Assembly (NCBI GenBank): GCA_017935245.1
Contig: JAGBHZ010000011.1
Location: 107,286-171,285 of the forward strand
Direction: 5' to 3'
Source of the DNA: Alphaproteobacteria bacterium
Lineage (GTDB): Bacteria; Pseudomonadota; Alphaproteobacteria; Rs-D84
Length of the DNA stretch: 64,000 bases
The position numbers and the translations under genes are program-made. Below are positions 46,547-56,542 of this stretch, one piece after another. How positions within the stretch are numbered: position 1 is the first letter of the stretch; each line of letters starts with the position of its first letter. The notes beneath the pieces are model-generated. The model made no database searches. It saw only the letters and a list, made by a program, of their open reading frames with translations, and was not told the DNA's origin.

Positions 46547-48967
46547 ATGAAAGAATTTTTTAGTTATTTTGCAGGAGGCGAATTTACAATCACTACGACA
46601 ATTTTAGTGATGATTGTTTTGGCGGTGTTTTTGGTAATGATGATGTATGTGCCGACACTGACCCGGCGGATTTTTCCGCGTTTTGGGTATGCAAAATATG
46701 CAAACTATTTACCGTTTAAAACCGTTTTTACAGATAATTCAATTGAATTGACGGATGGTTCTCTTATCCGGGCGTATCGGGTCCAGGGAATTCAGACCAG
46801 TATGCAAGATGATAAAACAAAAGAAAAATTCTTGGATTTGCGGACGCAATTGTTTAATCAAATTCGTGATCCAAATGTAACGCTGCGTTTCTATACGGTG
46901 CGTGATGCAATGGATGAAAATACAAACTATGAATTTGACCAGCCGACATTACAGCGTATCTATAACAAATGGAAAAGTCAGGGATTAAAGATATTTTTAA
47001 ATAACTACTATATCGTTATATCGGTTGCAGGGGCGGATGCACGCGCAAAATTAAATCAATATGGAAACTATGTTGAATCGATATTGGCGGCGTACAAGCC
47101 AAGTGTCTTGAAAAATAACGCACCGGATAATATGGCGCGATTCTTTGGGCGTATTTTATCCCCAATCAGTAAGCCACAGCCAAAAACATGCAATAATGAT
47201 ATTGCAAATATGGTTACGGTTGATGATGTTGAATTTATGCGCAATGGTATTATTCGTTATATCAGTGGTGGGGCACAATCGTTTGCGTCAATTGTATCGT
47301 TTAAAATTTCACCAGATTATTTAGATGAAGAATTTTATGATACGGTTTCTACAATCCAAACAGAAATGATTTCTATGAACGGGTTTGGTATTATGGGGGC
47401 GGCCGATGTTGAATCAACAATTCGTCAGCGTCGATCAACCGCCGATGAAAAGGTTCTGAAATCAACAGAAGAGCAAATTTATGCGGTTGAATCTGCGATG
47501 GATGAAAATATATCTGGTAACCAGACGTTGGTTAATTATTATCCAATGTTTGTTATATTTGGGGCAACCGTTGAAGATGTACAAAAATATGTCGGTGAAT
47601 TTAAAAAAATTGCCGCGTCCTTTGGAATTTCGCCGGTTGTTGAAACATTTGCCAGTAAGGTTGCATGGTTTTCATTAATACCAGGATTTAACGTCTTTCC
47701 ACGCAGTTTTAAGTTGTTATCAAAAACCGCCGCAATCAGTATTCCAATGTCCAGTACGCCACGCGGGGTCGAAAATTCAGATTGGGGTCCGGGGCCATTG
47801 GTTATTTTCCCAACCGCCCAAGGGACACCGTATCAATTCCAATTTCATGTTTCTGATAAACCGGCCGCCGTGGCACATACATTGACAATCGGGCCGACCG
47901 GTGGTGGTAAAACAACTTTGTTTTCGTTCCTTATTGCGCAAAGTTTGCGTTTCCCAAAATTAAAAGCATTTTTCTTTGACCGTAACAAAGGGGCCGAGAT
48001 TTTTACACTAGCGGTTGGGGGAAAATATATCACAATGCAAGGGAAAGAAAAAAATACAGACCCAATGGCGCATACATTTCAAACACATTTAAATCCACTA
48101 AAAATGCCGGACAGTGCCGCAAATCGTGCGTTTTTACGTCGGTGGTTTTCAATTATAACCGGACAAAATGACGCCGCGTCAATGGATGAAATTGCGCGTG
48201 CGGTTTCGGTTAATTTTGATTATTTGTCAGATAAAGACAGATTGTTAAAAAATTTATGGGAAAGTTGCTTTTCTTCATCTGGAAATATGAGACCGGCATT
48301 AAAAAAATGGGTCGATCCATTGCAATATGGGTACATGTTTAATGAAAATGAAGATACGCTGGATTTACAATCGCGTTTGACAACATTTGATTTTACAGAA
48401 ATTTTGCAGGATGAAACGTTGGCGCCGGCGGTAATTTCTTATATCTTGCATCGTATTAATACAACAACGGTTTCAGGGGGAAATCCGTCGTTAATTATGA
48501 TTGACGAAACCGCACCAATGCTTGAAAACAAGATGTTCCGTGATAATTTTGTGGCAGGCCTGCAAGAAGGGCGTAAAAATCGCCAGGCATATATGGCCGC
48601 ATTCCAACGTGCAAATGTTCTGGACAAGTTGGGAATTGGTGATGTGGTTCGTGGCCAGGCACAAACAGTTCTGTTTTTCCGTAACCCGGCGGCGGATGCA
48701 CGTGATTATGAACATTGGAATTTAAATCCGTTGGAAATGGCATTTATTCAAGGTAAAGCGTATCCAAACCTGAAAAGGGCGGTGTTGTTATCGCGCCCGG
48801 TTACCGGGGAATCGGTTGTTTTAAATACCGAGTTAGGAGGTCTGGGGAATATGTTGCGGTTATTTGAATCGGGGCGCCCATCGGTATTATTGGCCGAAGA
48901 ATTATATAAAATGTACGGCAGTAATTTTGTTAATGAATACCTTAAAAAGCAAGGGGCATTGGATTAA
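46547..48967 (+). CDS. virB4: Type IV secretion system ATPase VirB4
   Basis: 806 aa. Walker A is LTIGPTGGGKTTLFSF and Walker B is LIMIDETAPML. This is the CagE/TrbE/VirB4 architecture. Confidence 0.9.
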   Translation: MKEFFSYFAGGEFTITTTILVMIVLAVFLVMMMYVPTLTRRIFPRFGYAKYANYLPFKTVFTDNSIELTDGSLIRAYRVQGIQTSMQDDKTKEKFLDLRTQLFNQIRDPNVTLRFYTVRDAMDENTNYEFDQPTLQRIYNKWKSQGLKIFLNNYYIVISVAGADARAKLNQYGNYVESILAAYKPSVLKNNAPDNMARFFGRILSPISKPQPKTCNNDIANMVTVDDVEFMRNGIIRYISGGAQSFASIVSFKISPDYLDEEFYDTVSTIQTEMISMNGFGIMGAADVESTIRQRRSTADEKVLKSTEEQIYAVESAMDENISGNQTLVNYYPMFVIFGATVEDVQKYVGEFKKIAASFGISPVVETFASKVAWFSLIPGFNVFPRSFKLLSKTAAISIPMSSTPRGVENSDWGPGPLVIFPTAQGTPYQFQFHVSDKPAAVAHTLTIGPTGGGKTTLFSFLIAQSLRFPKLKAFFFDRNKGAEIFTLAVGGKYITMQGKEKNTDPMAHTFQTHLNPLKMPDSAANRAFLRRWFSIITGQNDAASMDEIARAVSVNFDYLSDKDRLLKNLWESCFSSSGNMRPALKKWVDPLQYGYMFNENEDTLDLQSRLTTFDFTEILQDETLAPAVISYILHRINTTTVSGGNPSLIMIDETAPMLENKMFRDNFVAGLQEGRKNRQAYMAAFQRANVLDKLGIGDVVRGQAQTVLFFRNPAADARDYEHWNLNPLEMAFIQGKAYPNLKRAVLLSRPVTGESVVLNTELGGLGNMLRLFESGRPSVLLAEELYKMYGSNFVNEYLKKQGALD

Positions 48968-49583
48968 GTCGGTGTTAAAACGTATTGGTATTTTGTCTGT
49001 TTTTCTGTGTTTGCCGGCGTTTGCCAATGATTGTGTGTCGTATAAAATGACACCAAAAATAACAATATCTGTACCAACATGGACCAAAGAGGTTGTTCAG
49101 CCCCTGGATGAAATGGATTTATGGCATGGTAATGTTATTGCAACAATGGTTGATAACTATGATATTGTTGCCGATATCACATCAATCGAAGATGGTTTTT
49201 GTGTTGGTATTAAACAGGTTGATGCAGAAATTGGGTATTCTAATTTCTTGGTCCAGGTTGATATAAGACATAAACCAAATACATGTTCTTATGATGCGGT
49301 GTTGGCGCATGAAGATCAACATATTCGCGAATATTTATCCGTTATTGATGATGCGCGCATGGGGTTGCATAATGCATTGTACAGTGCGGCGGATTCAGTT
49401 ATGCCGATTTTTGTAAAAGATTCATTGGATATTGATTTGGCAATTGAACAACTAAATGAAAAATTACAATCGCATCCAGAACTAATTTTGATAAAACAAA
49501 AAATTAAAAGCGAAGAAGAAATTCGTAATAAAAAAATAGATCAAAATGATATGGGTGAATCATTGAAAAAATGCTTGAATTAA
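48933..49583 (+). CDS. Predicted secreted HExxH zinc-metalloprotease-like protein (DUF922-like), overlapping the end of virB4
   Basis: Signal peptide (MNTLKSKGHWIKSVLKRIGILSVFLCLPAFA) and an HEDQH motif (AHEDQHIREY). The tracked ORF 48864..49583 begins inside virB4, so the true start is probably 48933 or close to it. Confidence 0.5.
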   Translation: MNTLKSKGHWIKSVLKRIGILSVFLCLPAFANDCVSYKMTPKITISVPTWTKEVVQPLDEMDLWHGNVIATMVDNYDIVADITSIEDGFCVGIKQVDAEIGYSNFLVQVDIRHKPNTCSYDAVLAHEDQHIREYLSVIDDARMGLHNALYSAADSVMPIFVKDSLDIDLAIEQLNEKLQSHPELILIKQKIKSEEEIRNKKIDQNDMGESLKKCLN

Positions 49584-49658
49584 AATTAGTTGATTTTTTA
49601 ATGTTTTTACCGCTATGATTGTTGTGTGTTCTTGGATTTCAATCGAAAAGGATTAAAT

Positions 49659-50546
49659 ATGAAGGGAATTATCTTGGCCGGGGGCAGTGGTACCCGCCTT
49701 TATCCGTTAACAAAAACAACATCAAAGCAATTGTTGCCGGTTTATGATAAACCGATGATTTATTATCCGTTATCAACACTGATGCAATTTGGTATCAAAG
49801 ATATTCTTATTATATCTACGCCGGTTGATACACCAAATATAGAAAAGTTATTCGGTGATGGTTCTAAGATTGGGTTGAATATTCAATATGCCGTTCAGCC
49901 AGAACCCAAAGGTATTGCACAAGCATTTACAATCGGGGCGGATTTTATCGGAAACGATGATGTGTGTTTAATATTGGGGGATAATATATTCTATATGGGT
50001 GGACAATTCCCAATGTTTGAGGCCGAGGTTAAAAAGAATACTGGAAAATGTGCAACTATATTTGCGTATCATGTTTCCGACCCGGAAAGATTTGGGGTTG
50101 TTGAATTTGATGAAAATTTAAAAGCGGTTTCAATCGAAGAAAAACCAAAAAATCCAAAATCAAACTATGCGTCGGTTGGACTGTATTTTTATCCAGGCGA
50201 CGTTGTTGAAAAGGCGCGCAACCTGACCCCGTCGGCGCGTGGCGAACTGGAAATTACAGACCTTAATAACATTTATCTGCGCGAAGGACGTATGTCGGTT
50301 GTGCCAATGCGGCGTGGTAACGCATGGTTGGATGCGGGAACCCCGGACAGTCTTATGGAATCGGGACAATTTGTTCAGATTATAGAGGCACGCCAGGGAT
50401 TAAAAATTGCATGTATCGAAGAAATTGCATATAAACAGGGATTTATTAACGATGAACAAATGCGGGCATTGATTGATGAATTGAAATCTGGGGCGTATAA
50501 AGATTATCTACAAAAAGTGTACGAGGAAAAACATGAACTTTATTAA
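49659..50546 (+). CDS. rmlA: Glucose-1-phosphate thymidylyltransferase
   Basis: MKGIILAGGSGTRLYPLT...; roughly 295 aa from the internal Met. Confidence 0.93.
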   Translation: MKGIILAGGSGTRLYPLTKTTSKQLLPVYDKPMIYYPLSTLMQFGIKDILIISTPVDTPNIEKLFGDGSKIGLNIQYAVQPEPKGIAQAFTIGADFIGNDDVCLILGDNIFYMGGQFPMFEAEVKKNTGKCATIFAYHVSDPERFGVVEFDENLKAVSIEEKPKNPKSNYASVGLYFYPGDVVEKARNLTPSARGELEITDLNNIYLREGRMSVVPMRRGNAWLDAGTPDSLMESGQFVQIIEARQGLKIACIEEIAYKQGFINDEQMRALIDELKSGAYKDYLQKVYEEKHELY

Positions 50547-51084
50547 AACCGAAATCGATGGTGTTGTTATCGTTGAACCACGTGTGTTTGAAGATGCACG
50601 CGGATATTTCTTTGAATCTTATAACGAGGCCGAATTTATCAAAAACGGTATAACCGCAAAGTTTGTCCAAGATAATCAATCAAAATCATCATATGGGGTG
50701 GTGCGTGGTCTGCATTGTCAATTGGGTGAACATGCCCAGGCAAAATTGGTGCGGGTGTTGTCGGGGCGCGTGCTGGATGTGGCGGTTGATATTAGAAAAA
50801 ATTCACCAACGTTTGGTAAATATGTTGCAGTTGAATTGTCGGACGAAAATAAACGGCAACTGTTTATTCCACGTGGATTCTTGCACGGTTTTTCAGTGTT
50901 AAGTGATACGGCGGTTTTTGCGTATAAATGTGATAATCTTTATGCGCCACAGGCTGAATTTGGTATTCGGTTTGATGATCCGGATATTGGAATCGACTGG
51001 ATGGTGCCACAGGATAAAATTATTACATCGGCCAAAGATAACATAGCCAAGGGGTTAAAAGATGTACCTGATAACGGGATGTAA
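50533..51084 (+). CDS. rmlC: dTDP-4-dehydrorhamnose 3,5-epimerase
   Basis: RmlC cupin fold (VIVEPRVFEDARGYFFESYN...RGLHCQ). 183 aa. Confidence 0.92.
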   Translation: MNFIKTEIDGVVIVEPRVFEDARGYFFESYNEAEFIKNGITAKFVQDNQSKSSYGVVRGLHCQLGEHAQAKLVRVLSGRVLDVAVDIRKNSPTFGKYVAVELSDENKRQLFIPRGFLHGFSVLSDTAVFAYKCDNLYAPQAEFGIRFDDPDIGIDWMVPQDKIITSAKDNIAKGLKDVPDNGM

Positions 51085-51883
51085 TGGGCAATTGGGGACC
51101 GAATTAAAAAAGCGTATTCCGGATGCAATTTGCGCAGATGTTGATATACTGGATATCACCGATGGCGCGGCGGTCCAAAAATTTGTGCGTGAAAATAATG
51201 TTGATTTAATTATTAACTGTGCGGCATATACCGCCGTAGATAGGGCCGAAGATGATATAGAATTGGCCACCAAGATAAATGTTGATGGGCCGCGTAACCT
51301 GGCAAAAACGGGCGCAAGAATAATACATATTTCCACAGATTATGTTTTTGATGGTATGGGGCACGTGCCGTATTCGCCCGATGATGAAACAAATCCGATA
51401 TCGGTATATGGTAAAACAAAGCGGGACGGGGAATTGGCGGTGCTTAACAACGCGTCGGTTGCGGTTGTTATTCGTACTGCGTGGCTGTACAGTCCGTATG
51501 GAAATAACTTTGTAAAAACTATGCGTCGTTTGGGTGCGGAAAAAGAATCAATAAATGTTGTTTCCGATCAGATTGGAACACCAACGTATGCAGGCGATTT
51601 GGCGGATGCAATTGTGCAAATTATTCCACAGATGACACGTGAAAACAGTGGCGTTTATCACTTTACCAATATGGGGGTGTGTTCGTGGTATGATTTTGCA
51701 AGTGAGATTATGGAAATGTCGGGGCTAAAATGCGCTGTAAATCCAATTAAATCAAGTGATTATCCAACGCGCGCCGTGCGACCGTTTTATAGCGTTTTGG
51801 ATAAATCAAAAATTCAAAAGGTTTTTAATATAAAAATTCAACATTGGAAAAAAGGTTTGGAAAAATGTCTAAAACAATTTTAA
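51062..51883 (+). CDS. rmlD: dTDP-4-dehydrorhamnose reductase
   Basis: ITGCNGQLG Rossmann N-terminus and a YGKTK catalytic motif. 273 aa. Confidence 0.9.
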   Translation: MYLITGCNGQLGTELKKRIPDAICADVDILDITDGAAVQKFVRENNVDLIINCAAYTAVDRAEDDIELATKINVDGPRNLAKTGARIIHISTDYVFDGMGHVPYSPDDETNPISVYGKTKRDGELAVLNNASVAVVIRTAWLYSPYGNNFVKTMRRLGAEKESINVVSDQIGTPTYAGDLADAIVQIIPQMTRENSGVYHFTNMGVCSWYDFASEIMEMSGLKCAVNPIKSSDYPTRAVRPFYSVLDKSKIQKVFNIKIQHWKKGLEKCLKQF

Positions 51884-52878
51884 TTACCGGTGGTGCGGGG
51901 TTTATTGGTTCAAACTTTGTGCCGTATTTTTGTGAAAAATATCCGGAATACAATATTATCAATCTGGATAAATTGACGTATGCGGGGAATCTGGATAATT
52001 TGCGTGAATGCGAAAGTATGCCAAATTATACCTTTGTTCGGGGGGATATTTGCGACGCAGATTTTATTGATAAATTGTTTGATGAAAATGATATTCGTGG
52101 CGTAATTCACTTTGCGGCGGAAAGTCATGTTGATAATTCGATAAAGGGGCCACGCGCATTTATTAACACAAATATTGTTGGAACATTTAATTTGTTGGAT
52201 GCGGCGCGTCGTCATTGGATGGATGGGCCGGGTGTGGTAAAACCGGGATACGAAGATGCGCGTTTCCATCATATTTCCACCGACGAGGTTTATGGCGCAC
52301 TGGGTGCAACGGGTATGTTCCGCGAAGATACACCATACGCACCAAACAGTCCATATTCCGCGTCCAAGGCGTCGTCTGATTTCTTGGTTCGTGCGTATCA
52401 TCACACGTTTGGTATGAATGTAACAACATCAAATTGTTCAAATAACTATGGTCCGAAACAGCATAATGAAAAACTGATACCGCATATTATTTCCAAGGCA
52501 TTGGCATTACAGCCATTACCAATCTATGGCAAGGGTGAAAATGTTCGTGATTGGTTATATGTCCTTGATCATTGCAAGGCGATTGATTTAATTTTCCATA
52601 ATGGAAAATCGGGTGAAACATATAATATTGGCGGCCGTAATGAACGCAATAATATCACAATTGTGAAAACGATTTGCGCAATCCTGGACGAAAAGAAACC
52701 ACGCAATGACGGCAAAAAATACGAAGAATTAATTACATTTGTTGCCGACCGTGCGGGTCATGATTTCAGATATGCGATTGATGCGACAAAACTGGAAACG
52801 GAATTGGCGTGGCGCGCAGATGAAACGTTTGATACAGGGATTGTCAAAACCGTTGAATGGTATTTAAATAAAATCTAA
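51865..52878 (+). CDS. rmlB: dTDP-glucose 4,6-dehydratase
   Basis: ILITGGAGFIGSNF, YSASKASSD (YxxxK), and HISTDEVYG. Roughly 337 aa from MSKT. Confidence 0.93.
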   Translation: MSKTILITGGAGFIGSNFVPYFCEKYPEYNIINLDKLTYAGNLDNLRECESMPNYTFVRGDICDADFIDKLFDENDIRGVIHFAAESHVDNSIKGPRAFINTNIVGTFNLLDAARRHWMDGPGVVKPGYEDARFHHISTDEVYGALGATGMFREDTPYAPNSPYSASKASSDFLVRAYHHTFGMNVTTSNCSNNYGPKQHNEKLIPHIISKALALQPLPIYGKGENVRDWLYVLDHCKAIDLIFHNGKSGETYNIGGRNERNNITIVKTICAILDEKKPRNDGKKYEELITFVADRAGHDFRYAIDATKLETELAWRADETFDTGIVKTVEWYLNKI

Positions 52879-52895
52879 TAGCATATCTAAAGTAA

Positions 52896-52972
52896 ATGGG
52901 GAAATCTTGTGTAGCGTTTGTACACTACGATTCCCCCATTTATTTTATCTATACTATTATCTTTTATTTAAC
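52896..52972. repeat. Intergenic hairpin repeat, copy 1. It sits at the convergent rmlB/OMP junction and is probably a bidirectional terminator or REP-like element.
   Basis: TAAATGGGGAAATC-ttgTGTAGCGTTTGTACACTACga-GATTCCCCCATTTA, followed by the conserved tail TTTATCTATACTATTATCTTTTATTT. It is paralogous to 61778..61860. Confidence 0.7.
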
Positions 52973-53014
52973 GCAGGGCAAGGGGATTGTTAATATTATT
53001 GCCGCTTATATATG

Positions 53015-53590
53015 TTAAAAATTATACCGGAATCCAATTGAAAATTCAGATAACGATTTAATTAATTCATTACTTAGTGCGGAATACTGATATTGTCCCA
53101 ATATGGATACAGAATCGTTTGGAAATGTGAACATTAAACCAATTCCAAATCGTGATGCGGTTTCGGTTTGCTTGTCGGATTCTTCGTATGTTATTAATCC
53201 ATTATTATATTTATATTCGGATGATATATTATAATTTGCAATTCCAAACGAAGTGAAAAAATCCATGTTTTTTACAATTTCATAATAACCAAAAATATCA
53301 AAACCAAATGATTGATATGAAATAATATTTTCCTGGGTCAGGGCAAGTGTTTCATGGATAAATTCATTTTCATTATCGGCAGATTGTGTGAAAAATAATT
53401 CCACGCCAAAGTTTGGACCAATGCGCATACCGGCATTAATTGTGGCGGTGTAATATTGTTCTTCTAGATCAATATCATTGTTATATGATGCGATATTTAA
53501 TCCGGCGTCCATCCCAATATATGGTGTAAAATTATCGGCAAAGGCATTTGTTGATAAAATAATCGGTAAAATAAATAAAATCTTTTTCAT
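53015..53590 (-). CDS. Small outer-membrane beta-barrel protein (OmpW/Omp25-like), hypothetical
   Basis: Signal peptide (ILSTNAFA), amphipathic beta-strands, and a C-terminal ...GFRYNF. 191 aa. Confidence 0.6.
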   Translation of the reverse strand: MKKILFILPIILSTNAFADNFTPYIGMDAGLNIASYNNDIDLEEQYYTATINAGMRIGPNFGVELFFTQSADNENEFIHETLALTQENIISYQSFGFDIFGYYEIVKNMDFFTSFGIANYNISSEYKYNNGLITYEESDKQTETASRFGIGLMFTFPNDSVSILGQYQYSALSNELIKSLSEFSIGFRYNF

Positions 53591-53685
53591 TATGCGCCCC
53601 TATATATTTTTATGATAAATATTTGTATATGGAAAGTAAATAAATAAAAAAAATCCACCACAATGGGTGAATTTTTTATTTTAAC

Positions 53686-53762
<77 letters not shown>

Positions 53763-53867
53763 TCACTGATTAAAAGCCTGTGTATTATATACTATTTCGG
53801 ATAATAGTCAAATAAAAAATTAAATATCATACAGATGATTTAAATCCCAGTCATTTCTTGAATTGTT

Positions 53868-54683
53868 ATGGGTTTATTGTTAAACTGGTATCGAAAATAC
53901 CAAGGATTTATTGTGATTAATAATAAAACTTTTAGAAAAATTTGGAAAAAATTCTGGAATCCAATACTGGGGTGTGGGTTATTACAGTGGGTAATCGCAA
54001 TTTTTATGTCAATTCCAATTTGGGTAACTTATTTCACATCGCGAAAGAAATATATTGGTTTGGATAATTTTAAAAAATATCGTAATAAACCGGCGATTTT
54101 TGTGTTTTGGCATGGGCGGTCTATGATGTTAAGTCCCATTATTCGTATGCGGGGAATGCGCGGTTATGCCGTTGCTAGTCGCCATAAAGATGGACGTATG
54201 ATGGCAAAATTACAACGTTTGTTTGGCCTGCGGGCAATTTATGGTTCGACATCAGATGGTGGAATTTCGGTACTGCGCCAGGGGGTGCGGGTTTTGCGTA
54301 ATAAAAAGTGTCCGATTTGTATGTCGCCAGATGGGCCGGGTGGGCCATCGATGCGTGTACAAGATGGGGCGTTATATTTTGCGAAAATGACCGGGGCACC
54401 GATTATCCCAGTTTGTTATTCGGCATCAAATGTGTTAATTCAGAAAAGGTGGGATCGGTATTTAGTCGTATTACCATTTTCAAAAATAGTTTGTAAAGTT
54501 GGAAAACCAGTCTTTGTTGATTCAAAAGCGTCGGCAGAAGAATTTGAAGATATAAGAAAAAATCTGGAAAATGTAATGGTAAAACAGGTGCGTGATTTAG
54601 ATGCAATGTTTGGTTTGTTTAAGGTTGAACAAGATATGACCGCAAATAGATTTAAAAAAGAAATGCGGGCCAAGAAAAATTAA
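53868..54683 (+). CDS. DUF374-family lysophospholipid-acyltransferase-like protein, usually linked to lpxK/waaA
   Basis: 271 aa with an N-terminal transmembrane helix. It lies upstream of lpxK, as in many alphaproteobacteria. Confidence 0.55.
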   Translation: MGLLLNWYRKYQGFIVINNKTFRKIWKKFWNPILGCGLLQWVIAIFMSIPIWVTYFTSRKKYIGLDNFKKYRNKPAIFVFWHGRSMMLSPIIRMRGMRGYAVASRHKDGRMMAKLQRLFGLRAIYGSTSDGGISVLRQGVRVLRNKKCPICMSPDGPGGPSMRVQDGALYFAKMTGAPIIPVCYSASNVLIQKRWDRYLVVLPFSKIVCKVGKPVFVDSKASAEEFEDIRKNLENVMVKQVRDLDAMFGLFKVEQDMTANRFKKEMRAKKN

Positions 54684-54693
54684 GGCTTAGATT

Positions 54694-55596
54694 ATGAAAA
54701 CACCAAAATGGTTTTTAAGAAAAAGTCCAATGGCATTAATTTTGTTGCCGGTATCATGGATTTATTATTTCTTTGGATGGGTTGTTTTTAAAATTCGTGC
54801 AATTCGACCACTGAAATCACGCCGAAAAATTATATGTGTTGGTAATATTCTGGCGGGGGGTGTTGGTAAAACACCAATTGTTCGTGAAATTGCAACAAAA
54901 TATGATGCGCCGGTTGTTATGCGCGGGTATAAAAAAAGTGAAAATACATCCAGCGTCGGGGACGAGGCACAAATGTTGTCGCGTGATGGTTTGGCGGTGC
55001 ATGTCGGGGATAGAAAAAGTAATATTGTTTTATTAAACAAGCAATCTGATGATACGCCGATTGTTATGGATGATGGATTTCAAAACTCTTCGATTAAAAA
55101 AGATATTTCGATACTGGTTTTTGATGAAGGGTTGGGGTATGGAAATGGATTTTTGTTGCCGGCGGGGCCATTGCGTGAACCACGGCGTGCGATTAATCGT
55201 GCAGATGCAATAATTGTTATAAAAAATAAAAATATTAAGAAAAAGTTTTCTTTGCCGGTTGGAATTCCACTTTTCTATGCGGAAAATAAAACAATATCAC
55301 CGTATGATGAAAATCAAAAAGTTGTTGCGTTTGCAGGTATTGGATACCCAAGAAAATTCTTTGGCGCGTTAAAAAATGTTGTGGCAACACGCGCGTTTCC
55401 AGACCACTGGGATTATACAGATGATGATTTAAATAAACTGTTTGCATTGGCAAAAAAACACAAGGCAAAATTAATCACAACAGAAAAAGACTGGGTTCGG
55501 TTGCCGGATGCGGTGCGTGAAAAAATTAAGTATGCAAAATTAGAAACACAAATAGATGATATGTTTTGGAAATGGATAAAGGATAAAATTAAATGA
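54694..55596 (+). CDS. lpxK: Tetraacyldisaccharide 4'-kinase
   Basis: P-loop (ICVGNILAGGVGKTPIV). 300 aa. Confidence 0.9.
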   Translation: MKTPKWFLRKSPMALILLPVSWIYYFFGWVVFKIRAIRPLKSRRKIICVGNILAGGVGKTPIVREIATKYDAPVVMRGYKKSENTSSVGDEAQMLSRDGLAVHVGDRKSNIVLLNKQSDDTPIVMDDGFQNSSIKKDISILVFDEGLGYGNGFLLPAGPLREPRRAINRADAIIVIKNKNIKKKFSLPVGIPLFYAENKTISPYDENQKVVAFAGIGYPRKFFGALKNVVATRAFPDHWDYTDDDLNKLFALAKKHKAKLITTEKDWVRLPDAVREKIKYAKLETQIDDMFWKWIKDKIK

Positions 55597-56528
55597 ATAC
55601 TGTTACAAAACCAATTGAAATTAATGGGCGGGGAATTCATTCGGGATTGGCCGTGCGTATGGTGATAAAGCCATCTGATAAACAGGGAATATATTTTAAG
55701 CGCGTTGATATACCAGATTCTGAATTAATTTTGGCGCGTTTTGATAATGTCGGTGAAACAAAAATGCGTAATACAACCGTTGGAAAAACAGATTCTGCGC
55801 ACGTTCAGACGATTGAACATTTAATGGCGGCGTTGTTTATGTGTGGTGTGGACAGTGCAATTATTGAAATAGATGGTAAAGAAACACCAATTCTGGATGG
55901 CAGTGCATTTGAATTCTATAACCTGGTCAAAGGTGCGGTGGAAACAAAAAATAAAATAAAAAAGATAGTTGTCAAAAATACAATTGTTGCCCACGCGCGC
56001 GAGGTTACACGTCAATTACCGTTATTGGTACGTTTGAAAATATGGTTCTTTAATAAAATATCGGGACGACGGGCGGATGGGTTTGTAAAAATCAGTCCGA
56101 ATAATGGAAAATCATTGGATGTTGTTGCGACATTGGTTTATCCAGAAAAAATAATAGGAAAACAATCTTTTGATTATTCGTTTGATGGGACAAAAAAATC
56201 AATTGATAATTTTGTGAAAAATATCGCACGGGCCCGTACATTTGGTAAATATTCAGAATGGGAATATTTAAAGGCGCATGGGATGGGACGCGGCGCGGAT
56301 GAAACAAATGTTATTGCGCTTAATGATTCAGGGGATGGGACGATTAATCAACTGAATTGGCCGGATGAATTTGTTCGCCATAAAATTATTGATGCAATTG
56401 GTGATATGTACACCGCCGGGGGGATGGTGTGTGGATGTCTGGAAAGTTATAAGGGAAGCCATGCGTTAAATAATATTGTGTTGAAAAAATTGTTTAGTAA
56501 TCCATCTAATTATGATATAGTTGAATAA
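55593..56528 (+). CDS. lpxC: UDP-3-O-acyl-N-acetylglucosamine deacetylase
   Basis: ISRARTFG-like (IARARTFG), EFVRHKIIDAIGDM and KGSHALNN. 311 aa. It overlaps the lpxK stop by 4 nt. Confidence 0.92.
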   Translation: MNTVTKPIEINGRGIHSGLAVRMVIKPSDKQGIYFKRVDIPDSELILARFDNVGETKMRNTTVGKTDSAHVQTIEHLMAALFMCGVDSAIIEIDGKETPILDGSAFEFYNLVKGAVETKNKIKKIVVKNTIVAHAREVTRQLPLLVRLKIWFFNKISGRRADGFVKISPNNGKSLDVVATLVYPEKIIGKQSFDYSFDGTKKSIDNFVKNIARARTFGKYSEWEYLKAHGMGRGADETNVIALNDSGDGTINQLNWPDEFVRHKIIDAIGDMYTAGGMVCGCLESYKGSHALNNIVLKKLFSNPSNYDIVE

Positions 56529-56542
56529 AAAGGGAAAAAGAG

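Noticed and set aside
55593-56528. Apparent insertion of about 28 aa in LpxC relative to E. coli
   Set aside because: The overall length is normal and the catalytic motifs are intact. It is probably lineage-typical loop variation, not a fusion or frameshift.
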